A stretch of DNA of 10,209 bases. Origin: Candidatus Hodarchaeota archaeon. GTDB taxonomy: Archaea; Asgardarchaeota; Heimdallarchaeia; Hodarchaeales; Hodarchaeaceae. The position numbers and the translations under genes are program-made. The first letter of the stretch is position 1; each line of letters starts with the position of its first letter. Positions 1-8,563 of this stretch are shown here, piece by piece. The notes under the pieces are model-generated. The model made no database searches, was not told the origin of the DNA, and worked only from the letters and a program-made list of their open reading frames with translations. The stretch spans positions 1 to 10,209 of the forward strand of contig JAHQWW010000131.1 of assembly GCA_029856365.1 (NCBI GenBank). Reading direction: 5' to 3'.

Positions 1-1140
1 GCTCACGTGAATACTACATTCTTAATCGAAGAAGGTGCAGCATCGAATTTAAGTCGAATGTCTTATCCATGGTTGTTCTTTGATATGGATTGGATGAAAG
101 AAACTGATAAAACAAAAATTGATGAATTAAAGATTGATGAAGCCTTAATTTGGCTTTCTTTGACTACAAAAAAACCATTGATCCAACTTGATTTACAAGA
201 TTTTCACAATAATTTTCTCTCGGATCTTCTACAGCTTTTTAATTACAATATTCCTAGTTTAACCGACGAGGTGTTAGAGAGAATTACTAGTAAAATTCTC
301 TTTAAAGAAAAGCTTCCGAGACATAAAAGAATACTAGTCATCTCTTGTCGTCCTGGTGACGATGGTGTTATTGCTGATATTATTAGAGCTTTAGTTAGTA
401 ATCATAACAAACCAAAAATAGTAAATATGGTAAGTGGTAACATTAATGTAAAAAATACAGATGTTATCGATTACTGTGAACAGAATCTTTTTGAAAAATC
501 AATCAAAGAACATATCTTGAATAATACTCTTAATATGATTGAATTATTGAAATTAAAGACCCTTGTTAGGAAATCTGAAGCAATAGATATGCATGCATAT
601 ATGGGCATCTCATCTGAAAATCAAATTTTCTTAAATCTGCCTTTTTATGAAACTCGAACAATCGAAAAAATCATAGACATTTCTGATGATGATATTATTC
701 CATTGATAACGATTCTGGACAAAGAACAACCTGATATGATTTTCATTCTTGGAGGAATTACCGATCCATATGGCCTCAAAGCGAGAATTGTTGAAATCTT
801 TGAATTGGCATTAAATAGGTCAACGATTCAAAAGGTTGAATTATGGTATTATAAAACAACGATGGAGGAGTTTTCCATTGCGAAAGGAGATATAATCTTT
901 CCTTTTTCTGAAAAAGAAATGGATCTAAAAGCGATAGCAATTCAACGATTAAGAAGTCAACAAGTTGTTGATTTTCTTACTATTCCTGGATTTGACCCAC
1001 GACCACTTTGGGAACGTATAAAAGAGCGAAATCAGAGTGTTGGACACATCCTTAAGACTACTGGTTTAGTTCCTGATGAATATAATTATGCATCAATTTA
1101 TCAAGTTTCTCAGTATATCAAGGATGTTTCTGCAAAATAA
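1..1140 (+). CDS. nagB: Long-form glucosamine-6-phosphate deaminase-like protein (NagB domain plus C-terminal PIG-L/LmbE-like domain, PRK02122 type); 5'-truncated by the window edge; PIG-L domain degenerate
   Basis: Frame is open from base 1 (gct cac gtg aat = A-H-V-N), so the GTG at 7 is probably internal. AHVNTTFLIEEGAASNLSRMSYPWL matches the end of the NagB domain (HPNxTxxLDExAASxLTRxxTPWL). Linker WLSLTTKKPLIQLDLQDFHNNFLSDLL and blocks VRKSEA, FLNLPFYET and PGFDPRPLWERIKERN match long NagB of Bacteroidota type. The deaminase active site lies outside the window. Confidence 0.82.
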   Translation, partial: AHVNTTFLIEEGAASNLSRMSYPWLFFDMDWMKETDKTKIDELKIDEALIWLSLTTKKPLIQLDLQDFHNNFLSDLLQLFNYNIPSLTDEVLERITSKILFKEKLPRHKRILVISCRPGDDGVIADIIRALVSNHNKPKIVNMVSGNINVKNTDVIDYCEQNLFEKSIKEHILNNTLNMIELLKLKTLVRKSEAIDMHAYMGISSENQIFLNLPFYETRTIEKIIDISDDDIIPLITILDKEQPDMIFILGGITDPYGLKARIVEIFELALNRSTIQKVELWYYKTTMEEFSIAKGDIIFPFSEKEMDLKAIAIQRLRSQQVVDFLTIPGFDPRPLWERIKERNQSVGHILKTTGLVPDEYNYASIYQVSQYIKDVSAK

Positions 1141-1156
1141 GAAACCTGATATTCTC

Positions 1157-1160
1157 GGAG
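1157..1160 (+). promoter_or_regulatory. Putative Shine-Dalgarno (GGAG) for the GH2 gene
   Basis: GGAG lies 10 nt upstream of ATG 1171 in a 30-nt gap, consistent with co-transcription. Confidence 0.45.
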
Positions 1161-1170
1161 TAAGAACCCT

Positions 1171-3777
1171 ATGAGTAACAAAATACCCTTAAACAAAGAA
1201 TGGAAAATGCAATCTTCGGAAAAGCTGTCGAAGTTTGGTGAAGTGATTTCCACTACAGATTTCATCCCAGAAGATTGGTATACTGTAGATGTACCAACAA
1301 CCGTCATAAATGGTCTTATTATTAATGATGAATATGATTTCAAAGACCCTTACTTTGGATTAAATCTGAAATCCTTACCAGGATACAAAGCAGATGTTAA
1401 ACGACAGAATTATGAGAGTCGATATAAACCTGAAGATAGTCCATTTAGAAGGTCATGGTGGTTTAGAAAAGAGTTTTCATTGGAGGAGGATCAAGTAAAG
1501 AAGGAAACTTGGATAGCTTTTGATGGGATTAATTATTCAGCAAATATTTGGTTAAATGGCAAACGGATCGCTGGTTCTGATTATGTTATAGGAACATATC
1601 GGCGATATGATTTCCATGTCTCACATTTTGTGACTCCAGGTAAAAATATTCTAGCCTTAGAGGTTTTCTCCCCAAATCCTGATGACCTTGGAATAAGTTT
1701 TGTTGACTGGAACCCTTTGCCTCCTGATGATAACATGGGCATTTGGCAACTAGTATACTTGTACACAACAGGACCTGTTGCATTGAAGTTTCCATTTGTA
1801 AGGAGTAAATTGAATATTGAATCGCTAGAAGAAGCGGAATTAATAATTACTGCAGAATTTCATAATACACAGAAAGAACGTGTGATTGGTGTTGTGAAAG
1901 GTGAAATAGAAAAGATTTTTTTTCAGAAAGAGGTTATTCTTGATTCCAATGTGAAAAAAACAATTGTTTTTTCACCCAAGGAGTTTCCGCAATTAAGGAT
2001 AAAAAATCCTCGGGTATGGTGGCCCCATCAACTTGGTTCTCCAGAATTATATAAGCTGGATCTTAAAATTATCGTTGACGAAAAAGTCTCGGACTGGGAT
2101 GAAATTACTTTCGGGATAAGAGATATTAAATCTTACATCAACGAGTATTCTTCAAGTAAGCTTACCATTAAGAGCCATGAAATCTTAAAGTCAGACCAGA
2201 AAGTTGGCTCCCGTGTGTTCACCATCAATGGGCACGATATTCTACTTCGAGGTGCTGGATGGACCCCTGATATGATGCTGAATCAGTCTGATGAACAAGA
2301 CTATATTGATGTAAGTTTTCTCAAAAATCTTAACATGAACACAGTACGTTTCGAGGGAAAACTTGCAACAGATAATTTTTGGGATATATGCGATAGGGAA
2401 GGCATACTTGTTCATGCAGGATGGGTATGTTGTAGCCATTGGGAAAAATGGGATAACTGGAAGACAGGTGATATTAAAATCGCAGAAGAATCGTTACGCT
2501 CTCAAATTCTTCGTTTACGTAACCATCCAAGTTTTACAGCATGGTTTTATGGGAGTGACTTCCCACCACCCGAACACATTGAGAGAGTTTACCTCAAAGT
2601 GCTAGAAGAAACATATAATGAACTTCCAAGAGTTTCTAGTGCTACAGCTTATCCTACAAAGCTAGCAGGCGAAACTGGTGTCAAAATGACGGGTCCTTAT
2701 ACTTATGTTCCCCCTTCATACTGGTATACAGAAGGAAGAATAGGAGCTGCGGAAAATTTTAACACTGAAACAGGTCCAGATGTATGTATTCCTCCATATG
2801 AGAGTTTAAAAAGAATGCTGCCCGAATTCCAACTTTATATTGGAAGTGAGGGCTGGAATTATCATGCAGGACTTGGGGCATTTACTAGTACAAAATTAAT
2901 TGAGGAGACCATTACAAAAAGATATGGAGAACCGAAAAATTTTGAAGATTTTATAAAAACTACTCAGATTCTGGGATATGAATGCTGGAGAGCTATGTAT
3001 GAAGCACATGCAAGAAACTACCCTAAGGCAACAGGTGTAATAGGGTGGATGCTAAATAGTGCATGGCCAAGCTTGATCTGGCAATTATATGATTATTATA
3101 ATAATCCTAATGGTGCCTTCTTCGGATCAAAAAAGGCTTGTGAACCCGTTCATGTCCAATATTCCTATGATGATGATTCGATATGGATCATTAACAGTAC
3201 ACTCGATCCGAAGGAAAATATTACTGCAAATGTTAAAATTTTTAACATAAACCTTGAAGAACGATTTTCTCAGTCCAAGAAGATAGAAGTGAAAGCTAAT
3301 GACAAATCTAAGGTTTTAATCATACCTGAGTTAAATGGACTCTCTTCTGTATATTTTCTATCCCTCATTATTGAGGAAAACTCAACCATTGTAAGTAGGA
3401 ATTTATACTGGCTTTCAACAACAAAAGATATTCTAGAAGAGAAAGATAAATGGCCTTATACACCATTAAAGTCTCATGCGGACTTGAGTGCAATTAGATC
3501 TCTTCCTAACGTTGAGATAAATAGCACTTATAATATTATTGAATCGGGTCAGAACTATGAAATAACAGTGGTACTCATTAATTCTTCCAAGCATTTGGCT
3601 TTTTTTCTCAGACTTATACTTTTTGATGAAAAAACACAACAATTTGTTGCTCCTGTGTACTGGGATGATAATTGTATTAGTCTTCTTCCATCAGAAAAGG
3701 TTGAGATTAAAGGCGTATTTCCAAAGAAAGCCATAAGTAGTAAAGCGATTCTTAAAGTGGACGGTTGGAATTGTTAG
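1171..3777 (+). CDS. csxA: GH2 exo-beta-D-glucosaminidase (CsxA-like), cytoplasmic
   Basis: 868 aa. GH2 motifs FDGINYSANIWLNG and WWPHQLGSPELY. CsxA-subgroup signatures NTVRFEGK, GWVCCSHWE, RLRNHPS...GSDFPP (Asp acid/base, D463, 2557-2559, in place of the usual NE), GVKMTGPYTYVPPSYWY, FNTETG (nucleophile E533, 2767-2769) and WMLNSAWPSLIWQLYDYY. No signal peptide or C-terminal CBM is evident. Confidence 0.88.
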   Translation: MSNKIPLNKEWKMQSSEKLSKFGEVISTTDFIPEDWYTVDVPTTVINGLIINDEYDFKDPYFGLNLKSLPGYKADVKRQNYESRYKPEDSPFRRSWWFRKEFSLEEDQVKKETWIAFDGINYSANIWLNGKRIAGSDYVIGTYRRYDFHVSHFVTPGKNILALEVFSPNPDDLGISFVDWNPLPPDDNMGIWQLVYLYTTGPVALKFPFVRSKLNIESLEEAELIITAEFHNTQKERVIGVVKGEIEKIFFQKEVILDSNVKKTIVFSPKEFPQLRIKNPRVWWPHQLGSPELYKLDLKIIVDEKVSDWDEITFGIRDIKSYINEYSSSKLTIKSHEILKSDQKVGSRVFTINGHDILLRGAGWTPDMMLNQSDEQDYIDVSFLKNLNMNTVRFEGKLATDNFWDICDREGILVHAGWVCCSHWEKWDNWKTGDIKIAEESLRSQILRLRNHPSFTAWFYGSDFPPPEHIERVYLKVLEETYNELPRVSSATAYPTKLAGETGVKMTGPYTYVPPSYWYTEGRIGAAENFNTETGPDVCIPPYESLKRMLPEFQLYIGSEGWNYHAGLGAFTSTKLIEETITKRYGEPKNFEDFIKTTQILGYECWRAMYEAHARNYPKATGVIGWMLNSAWPSLIWQLYDYYNNPNGAFFGSKKACEPVHVQYSYDDDSIWIINSTLDPKENITANVKIFNINLEERFSQSKKIEVKANDKSKVLIIPELNGLSSVYFLSLIIEENSTIVSRNLYWLSTTKDILEEKDKWPYTPLKSHADLSAIRSLPNVEINSTYNIIESGQNYEITVVLINSSKHLAFFLRLILFDEKTQQFVAPVYWDDNCISLLPSEKVEIKGVFPKKAISSKAILKVDGWNC

Positions 3778-3842
3778 TAAGCCGAGGATTAAGAATTAAT
3801 AAAATAAAAATTCAAAAGAGGTAGTGATGCAAAATTTTGTAA

Positions 3843-3850
3843 TAAGGATG
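3843..3850 (+). promoter_or_regulatory. Putative Shine-Dalgarno (TAAGGATG) for the GH94 gene
   Basis: Ends 8 nt before ATG 3859. Confidence 0.45.
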
Positions 3851-3858
3851 GAAAAAAT

Positions 3859-6255
3859 ATGGGAAAATATGGATATTTTTCTGAAGATGATTTGGAATTC
3901 ATTATTACACGGCCAGATACCCCACAACCGTGGATAAATTATGCAATAAATGGTAAATATCATGCACTTATTTCTAATACTGGTGGGGGGTATAGTTACT
4001 ATATCAATCCGAGAAATTCACGGATTACTAGGAGAAAATACAATTCCCTCCCATATGATCGTCCAGGGAGGTATGTGTATATTCGTGATGATAAAACTGG
4101 TGAATACTACTCACCAACTTGGCAACCAGTATTAAAAGAGCTTGATTCATATGAATGCCGACATGGTCTGGGATATACCAAAATCTCTTCCTCATATAAG
4201 GGAATTAAAAGCAGTATTCTCTACTTTGTCCCTATCGATGAGGATATGGAAATTTGGAAAATTTCTATTGAAAATACAACGAATGAGGATAAAAAGCTGA
4301 ATCTTTTCTCTTATGTAGAGTTTGTCCCTGGTGATGCGTATTCTGATGTTATTGATCATCCTAACCACTCCCACTTCTTATATGCTGATTTTGATCCAGA
4401 AGAAAAGGCAATCTATGCAACTAACAAGATTGGGGTATCCTTCCTACCTGAAGAAGAACAGTATAAAGATGATGGCTGCTGGGGTAAGTTTGTATTCTTT
4501 AAATCAACATTAGATATTGCTGCACATGACTGTAATCGTGATCATTTCATCGGTAGTCCCTATCGTTCTGAAACAAATCCATTAACAGTTGAAAAAGGAC
4601 AACTAACTAATTCGATGCTGAATTCGGGCCATGCCTGTGGTGCATTGCAAAACAACGTTACTATCAAAACTGGGGAAAAACTTGAATTCTGTATAATGAT
4701 GGGTGTTGTCGACAGACTGGATTACAAAACCCAAACCCGTAAGATACTTAATGAATGGACTCCTGAGAGGGTTGAGAAAAGTCTTGGCGATTTGAAGAAC
4801 TATTATCAGAACCTTTTTGGTACTATACAAGTTAAAACTCCAAATGATAAGGTAAATAGAAACATAAACGTTTGGAACAAGCTTCAGGCAAAGGTTAATT
4901 TCACTGTCTCCCGAGATGCTTCTAGATATCACTGGGGTCTCTCCTATGGTATGGGTTTTCGAGATACCTCCCAGGATCTTCTGGCTATGATCATGTTTGA
5001 TGCTCCAGCTGCTAAGGAAGTCATAAAAGAACTTGCTAGACAGATGTTCAGTGATGGAACTACATATCATAACTTCTTCCGTGTGTCACATGATGGTATT
5101 AAAACAGGCCACTCGGATGATCCACTGTGGTTGCCTCTTGCAGTTCAGTACTACTTGAATGAAACAGGTGATTTTACGTTCCTTGATGAAATTGAAATGT
5201 ATGCCGATGGTAAAAGCGGTACCATTCTTGAACACTGTTATCGTGGCGTCGACCAGGTCTGGAGTCAGAGAAGCAAAAGAAATATACCACTTATTCTTAA
5301 TGGTGACTGGAACGACGACCTAAATGAGTGTGGTAGGCATAAAAAGGGAGAAAGTATGATGGTAGCAGAGCAGCTCTGCGTTGATCTTCAGTTCATGATT
5401 GAGATGCTTACTTACACCAAAAGGGATCCTGAAAAGGTTGAAGAGTATAAGAAGATAAATGAAATAATTATTGAAGAAATGAACAAATCTTGCTGGGATG
5501 GAAAATGGTATCATCGATTCACCAAAGATGATGGTTCTGTACAGGGTACTCATAAGAATGAACAAGGGCAGATTTATCTCAATGCACAGTCGTGGGCAGT
5601 TATCAGTGGAATAGCGAAAGATGAAAGTGCGGTACAGTGTCTTGATTCTGTTCTTGAGCATCTCGATTCGAGAGTTGGGCCTCGTATCTGTGCTCCAGCA
5701 TATACGAAGTCGGATGCTACCATTGGTGCAGCAACAAGAGAAGCTCCAGGCAAAAAGGAAAATGCTTCTGTTTTTAACCACCCTGTTACTTGGTTTATTC
5801 AAGCCAATACTATTCTTAAGAGAGGTAATATTGCTTTTGAGCAATATCATAAAACATTACCAGAAGTCCTATCTAAGGATCAAGATCTGTTTGCAGTCGA
5901 ACCTTATGTGTACTGTGAATATACAACTGGTCCAGATCATAAGGAATACGGTAAAGGTGGTCATTCATGGTTAACAGGGACAGCTTCATGGATGTACTTT
6001 TGTGGTGTGAATTTCATTTTAGGTATTAAACCCACATATGATGGCCTCATAATTGATCCATGTATACCAAGTGAATGGGATGGATATACTGCAATTAGGA
6101 GATTCAGGAATTCTACATATAATATTTCAGTAAAAAATCCTAATCACAAAGAATCGGGAATATCTGAAGTCATATTGGATGGAAAATCCTTTGAAGGTAA
6201 TAAATTCCCTATTTTTGATGATGGCAAGGAACATTCTATAGAAATCATAATGTAA
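3859..6255 (+). CDS. GH94 glycoside phosphorylase (cellobiose/N,N'-diacetylchitobiose phosphorylase family); amino-sugar substrate likely from context
   Basis: 798 aa, typical length. MGKYGYF...ITRPDTPQPWINY, DRPGRYVYIRD, YECRHGLGYT, GMGFRDTSQD, SDDPLWL, GDWNDD (catalytic acid D486), KENASVFNH (phosphate-site His), EPYVY and SWLTGTASW. Confidence 0.93.
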   Translation: MGKYGYFSEDDLEFIITRPDTPQPWINYAINGKYHALISNTGGGYSYYINPRNSRITRRKYNSLPYDRPGRYVYIRDDKTGEYYSPTWQPVLKELDSYECRHGLGYTKISSSYKGIKSSILYFVPIDEDMEIWKISIENTTNEDKKLNLFSYVEFVPGDAYSDVIDHPNHSHFLYADFDPEEKAIYATNKIGVSFLPEEEQYKDDGCWGKFVFFKSTLDIAAHDCNRDHFIGSPYRSETNPLTVEKGQLTNSMLNSGHACGALQNNVTIKTGEKLEFCIMMGVVDRLDYKTQTRKILNEWTPERVEKSLGDLKNYYQNLFGTIQVKTPNDKVNRNINVWNKLQAKVNFTVSRDASRYHWGLSYGMGFRDTSQDLLAMIMFDAPAAKEVIKELARQMFSDGTTYHNFFRVSHDGIKTGHSDDPLWLPLAVQYYLNETGDFTFLDEIEMYADGKSGTILEHCYRGVDQVWSQRSKRNIPLILNGDWNDDLNECGRHKKGESMMVAEQLCVDLQFMIEMLTYTKRDPEKVEEYKKINEIIIEEMNKSCWDGKWYHRFTKDDGSVQGTHKNEQGQIYLNAQSWAVISGIAKDESAVQCLDSVLEHLDSRVGPRICAPAYTKSDATIGAATREAPGKKENASVFNHPVTWFIQANTILKRGNIAFEQYHKTLPEVLSKDQDLFAVEPYVYCEYTTGPDHKEYGKGGHSWLTGTASWMYFCGVNFILGIKPTYDGLIIDPCIPSEWDGYTAIRRFRNSTYNISVKNPNHKESGISEVILDGKSFEGNKFPIFDDGKEHSIEIIM

Positions 6256-6418
6256 CATTTTTCAAATATCTGGGATCAAGATAGAGTTGATGATAACGTA
6301 TTACCGAGGATAATATTGTTATACCTTTCACATTTATGTTTTAATAGCTTAGTTATCATTACTAACAATTATTAATTGATACAAATAATCGGTAGAATGA
6401 GTATAGGTATGAAAAGAG

Positions 6419-8563
6419 TTGGATGTAGAACAATTTGAAAAACTAATAACAAAAAATGAAGAAATCTTATTCATATTGTATAAAAGAAAGATTTTCTTAA
6501 TTTCTGACCTTCTGAGTAGTGGTCTATTACACAATAAAGAATTCCTTGAGCAAAATGCAGCAGTTTTCCCTGATGATAGTCATAAAATTATAACTCAGTT
6601 ATTAAACTCTGAATATATTGTAAATTATCCTTATCCAGTATTAATTGATTTTGCAAAGACAATAGAATTTTATAAGAGCAATATCTCTCTACCTGAAAAA
6701 GAACGAATTGAATCTTCCTTTTTAATGTCAAGAATAAATTTCATGGGAACAGACGGTATTCGTGGTAAAATTAGTCTGGAAACTGAGGACTACTTAAAAG
6801 ATCTTACAACTAAAAACATCCTAACTCCTGAACTTATCAGAAATTGTGTATATTCATTTGCAAATTTATTGCTTAGCAAGAAGATTATAGAAGAAAATGA
6901 TACCGTCTGTATTGGAGATGATGGAAGGGATAGAATAACTAATGGGAAATTTAAGAAAGCATTAATTGATGGTTTTCTCGGAGCAAATATTCATGTTTAT
7001 GATCTAGGAATTGTACCTACAGGTATTGTGCCCTATCAGCTACTAAAAAGGAATTTTAAAGCTGGAGCTGTATTAACAGCTAGTCACAATCCATCAAATC
7101 AAAATGGGATTAAATTCTTTCTTAATGGTAAAAAACTGTTACCCGAAGGAGAATTGGGTGATTTTACACTTTCTGCTCTGATGTATTTCTTTTATATGCA
7201 GAAAATTCTACCAGAAAGAAGAGCTTCTATTTCTGTTTCAGAAAATATATTGATTGAGAGCACCGATTTCATTCTTTCAGTTTTACCACAAAATATCACT
7301 AGTCTTCTAAAGGATATCGTAATTATATTTGATTCTGCAAATGGTGCGTTTACAGAAATTGGGATAAATGTTCTAGATGCCTTACAATTAGATTATAAGA
7401 GTGTTAATGACTCTCCCGATGGACACAATATAAACAAGAATTGTGGTATTGCTGAATTAGAAGGCCATGATATTTTTCATGTTGAATCCTTAGATGCTTA
7501 TCCTCGATTAATAAAGGAAACATTCTCCATTGGGAGGAAGAATGATCCAGGCAAAGTATTTGGTATATCTTTAGATGGTGATGGTGATAGAGGATATGTA
7601 GTTCATTATAATAAAGAAGAGGATTGTGTTTATGTTATCAATGGTGATAAATGTGGTTATATATTAGCTGAATATTTCATTAAATCAAGAAAAATTGAAG
7701 CTAAAGAAGCCTATTTTGTATTAACAATCGAATCCGATTTAATGGCTGCTTCTAGTGTTGAGAAAAATCTTGGTCTTAAAACAAAAATCGTCAGTGTGGG
7801 GGATAAATGGATAGGGAATTTTGATGAGGGAGAACTATTGATTGGTGTTGAAGTTTCTGGACATGTTATTTTTCCAATTGAGTTTTTAAACGATTTTAAT
7901 CAAAAAGTGAACCTTTTAACTGGAAATGGTCTTCTGACTAGTTTAATGCTATTGACTGCCATAAAAGAGTTGGATCTCCCAATAGAGAAAATCTTTCTTC
8001 CTTTCAAGCCAGGAATTTCTGAAATCTTTTATGTATTCTTCATTGATAAGTCTAGATTCTGTAAGGGTAGTACTGTTTGGACAAAAGATATTGAATTGAT
8101 AAATAGCGAAATTTCACGGCTAATTGAAAATAGAAGGTTAAGTTTGGATACTAAACTCGTGATAGAGGAAAAAGAAGACCCAAATGTTTTGTATATGAAT
8201 ATTGTTGATGCAAATGAGGTACTAGGGTGTATTTTTGTGCGTAATTCGGGCACTGAGGATAAAATTGCTACTTATACTCTAGGAAAACTAGAAATGAAAG
8301 AAATTCTTTACAAAATTGGTGAAAAATTATGGGAGAATCACTTTTTATTAATGAAAGACAAGGATAAACTTGAGTTTAAATATGAAAGCCTGATCAAATC
8401 TATTCTGCAAAAACAAACTGAGATTTATGTACAAGAGTTAAAGGGTGTAATGGAACAAACTCTGGAACAACCAATAAATAAAAATAACCTTTATAATGTA
8501 TTATATGGGCTTAAGAAAGAAGGAAGAATTAAATCAGAAAATCAGATCATACGATTGCAATAG
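6419..8563 (+). CDS. Alpha-D-phosphohexomutase (GlmM/PMM-PGM superfamily), probable phospho(acetyl)glucosamine mutase, with N- and C-terminal extensions
   Basis: 714 aa. GTDGIRG, TASHNP (phospho-Ser S222, 7082-7084), NGIKFF, DSANGA, DGDGDR metal loop, VGDK, GVEVSGH sugar loop and RNSGTE phosphate loop. Start is uncertain: TTG 6419 (in-frame TGA at 6410-6412) or ATG 6725 (MSRINFMGTDG). Confidence 0.88.
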   Translation: MDVEQFEKLITKNEEILFILYKRKIFLISDLLSSGLLHNKEFLEQNAAVFPDDSHKIITQLLNSEYIVNYPYPVLIDFAKTIEFYKSNISLPEKERIESSFLMSRINFMGTDGIRGKISLETEDYLKDLTTKNILTPELIRNCVYSFANLLLSKKIIEENDTVCIGDDGRDRITNGKFKKALIDGFLGANIHVYDLGIVPTGIVPYQLLKRNFKAGAVLTASHNPSNQNGIKFFLNGKKLLPEGELGDFTLSALMYFFYMQKILPERRASISVSENILIESTDFILSVLPQNITSLLKDIVIIFDSANGAFTEIGINVLDALQLDYKSVNDSPDGHNINKNCGIAELEGHDIFHVESLDAYPRLIKETFSIGRKNDPGKVFGISLDGDGDRGYVVHYNKEEDCVYVINGDKCGYILAEYFIKSRKIEAKEAYFVLTIESDLMAASSVEKNLGLKTKIVSVGDKWIGNFDEGELLIGVEVSGHVIFPIEFLNDFNQKVNLLTGNGLLTSLMLLTAIKELDLPIEKIFLPFKPGISEIFYVFFIDKSRFCKGSTVWTKDIELINSEISRLIENRRLSLDTKLVIEEKEDPNVLYMNIVDANEVLGCIFVRNSGTEDKIATYTLGKLEMKEILYKIGEKLWENHFLLMKDKDKLEFKYESLIKSILQKQTEIYVQELKGVMEQTLEQPINKNNLYNVLYGLKKEGRIKSENQIIRLQ

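Noticed and set aside
7-9. GTG at 7 as the start of a stand-alone 377-aa protein
   Set aside because: Frame is open to base 1 and the first residues are the tail of a NagB domain, so the gene begins upstream.
1110-2605. Short alternative-frame or antisense ORFs (1110-1343, 1581-1766, 1586-1795, 2242-2439, 2363-2605)
   Set aside because: They overlap the well-supported GH2 gene and show no recognisable motifs.
1171-3777. GH2 as beta-mannosidase or beta-galactosidase
   Set aside because: Acid/base site is GSD rather than NE, and CsxA-specific motifs are present.
3848-3876. Imperfect tandem ATGGAAAAAAT/ATGGGAAAAT/ATGGATAT at the GH94 start
   Set aside because: Low complexity and largely explained by the SD plus the M-G-K-Y-G-Y codons.
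3950-5974. ORFs inside GH94, including the 155-aa and 176-aa antisense ORFs
   Set aside because: Shadow frames of a conserved gene, with no family signatures.
8471-8560. Resemblance of NKNNLYNVLYGLKKEGRI to the Z-alpha recognition helix (KKEINRVLYSL)
   Set aside because: The key Asn position is Tyr and the wing Pro-Pro-x-Trp is absent; only a generic wHTH is supported.
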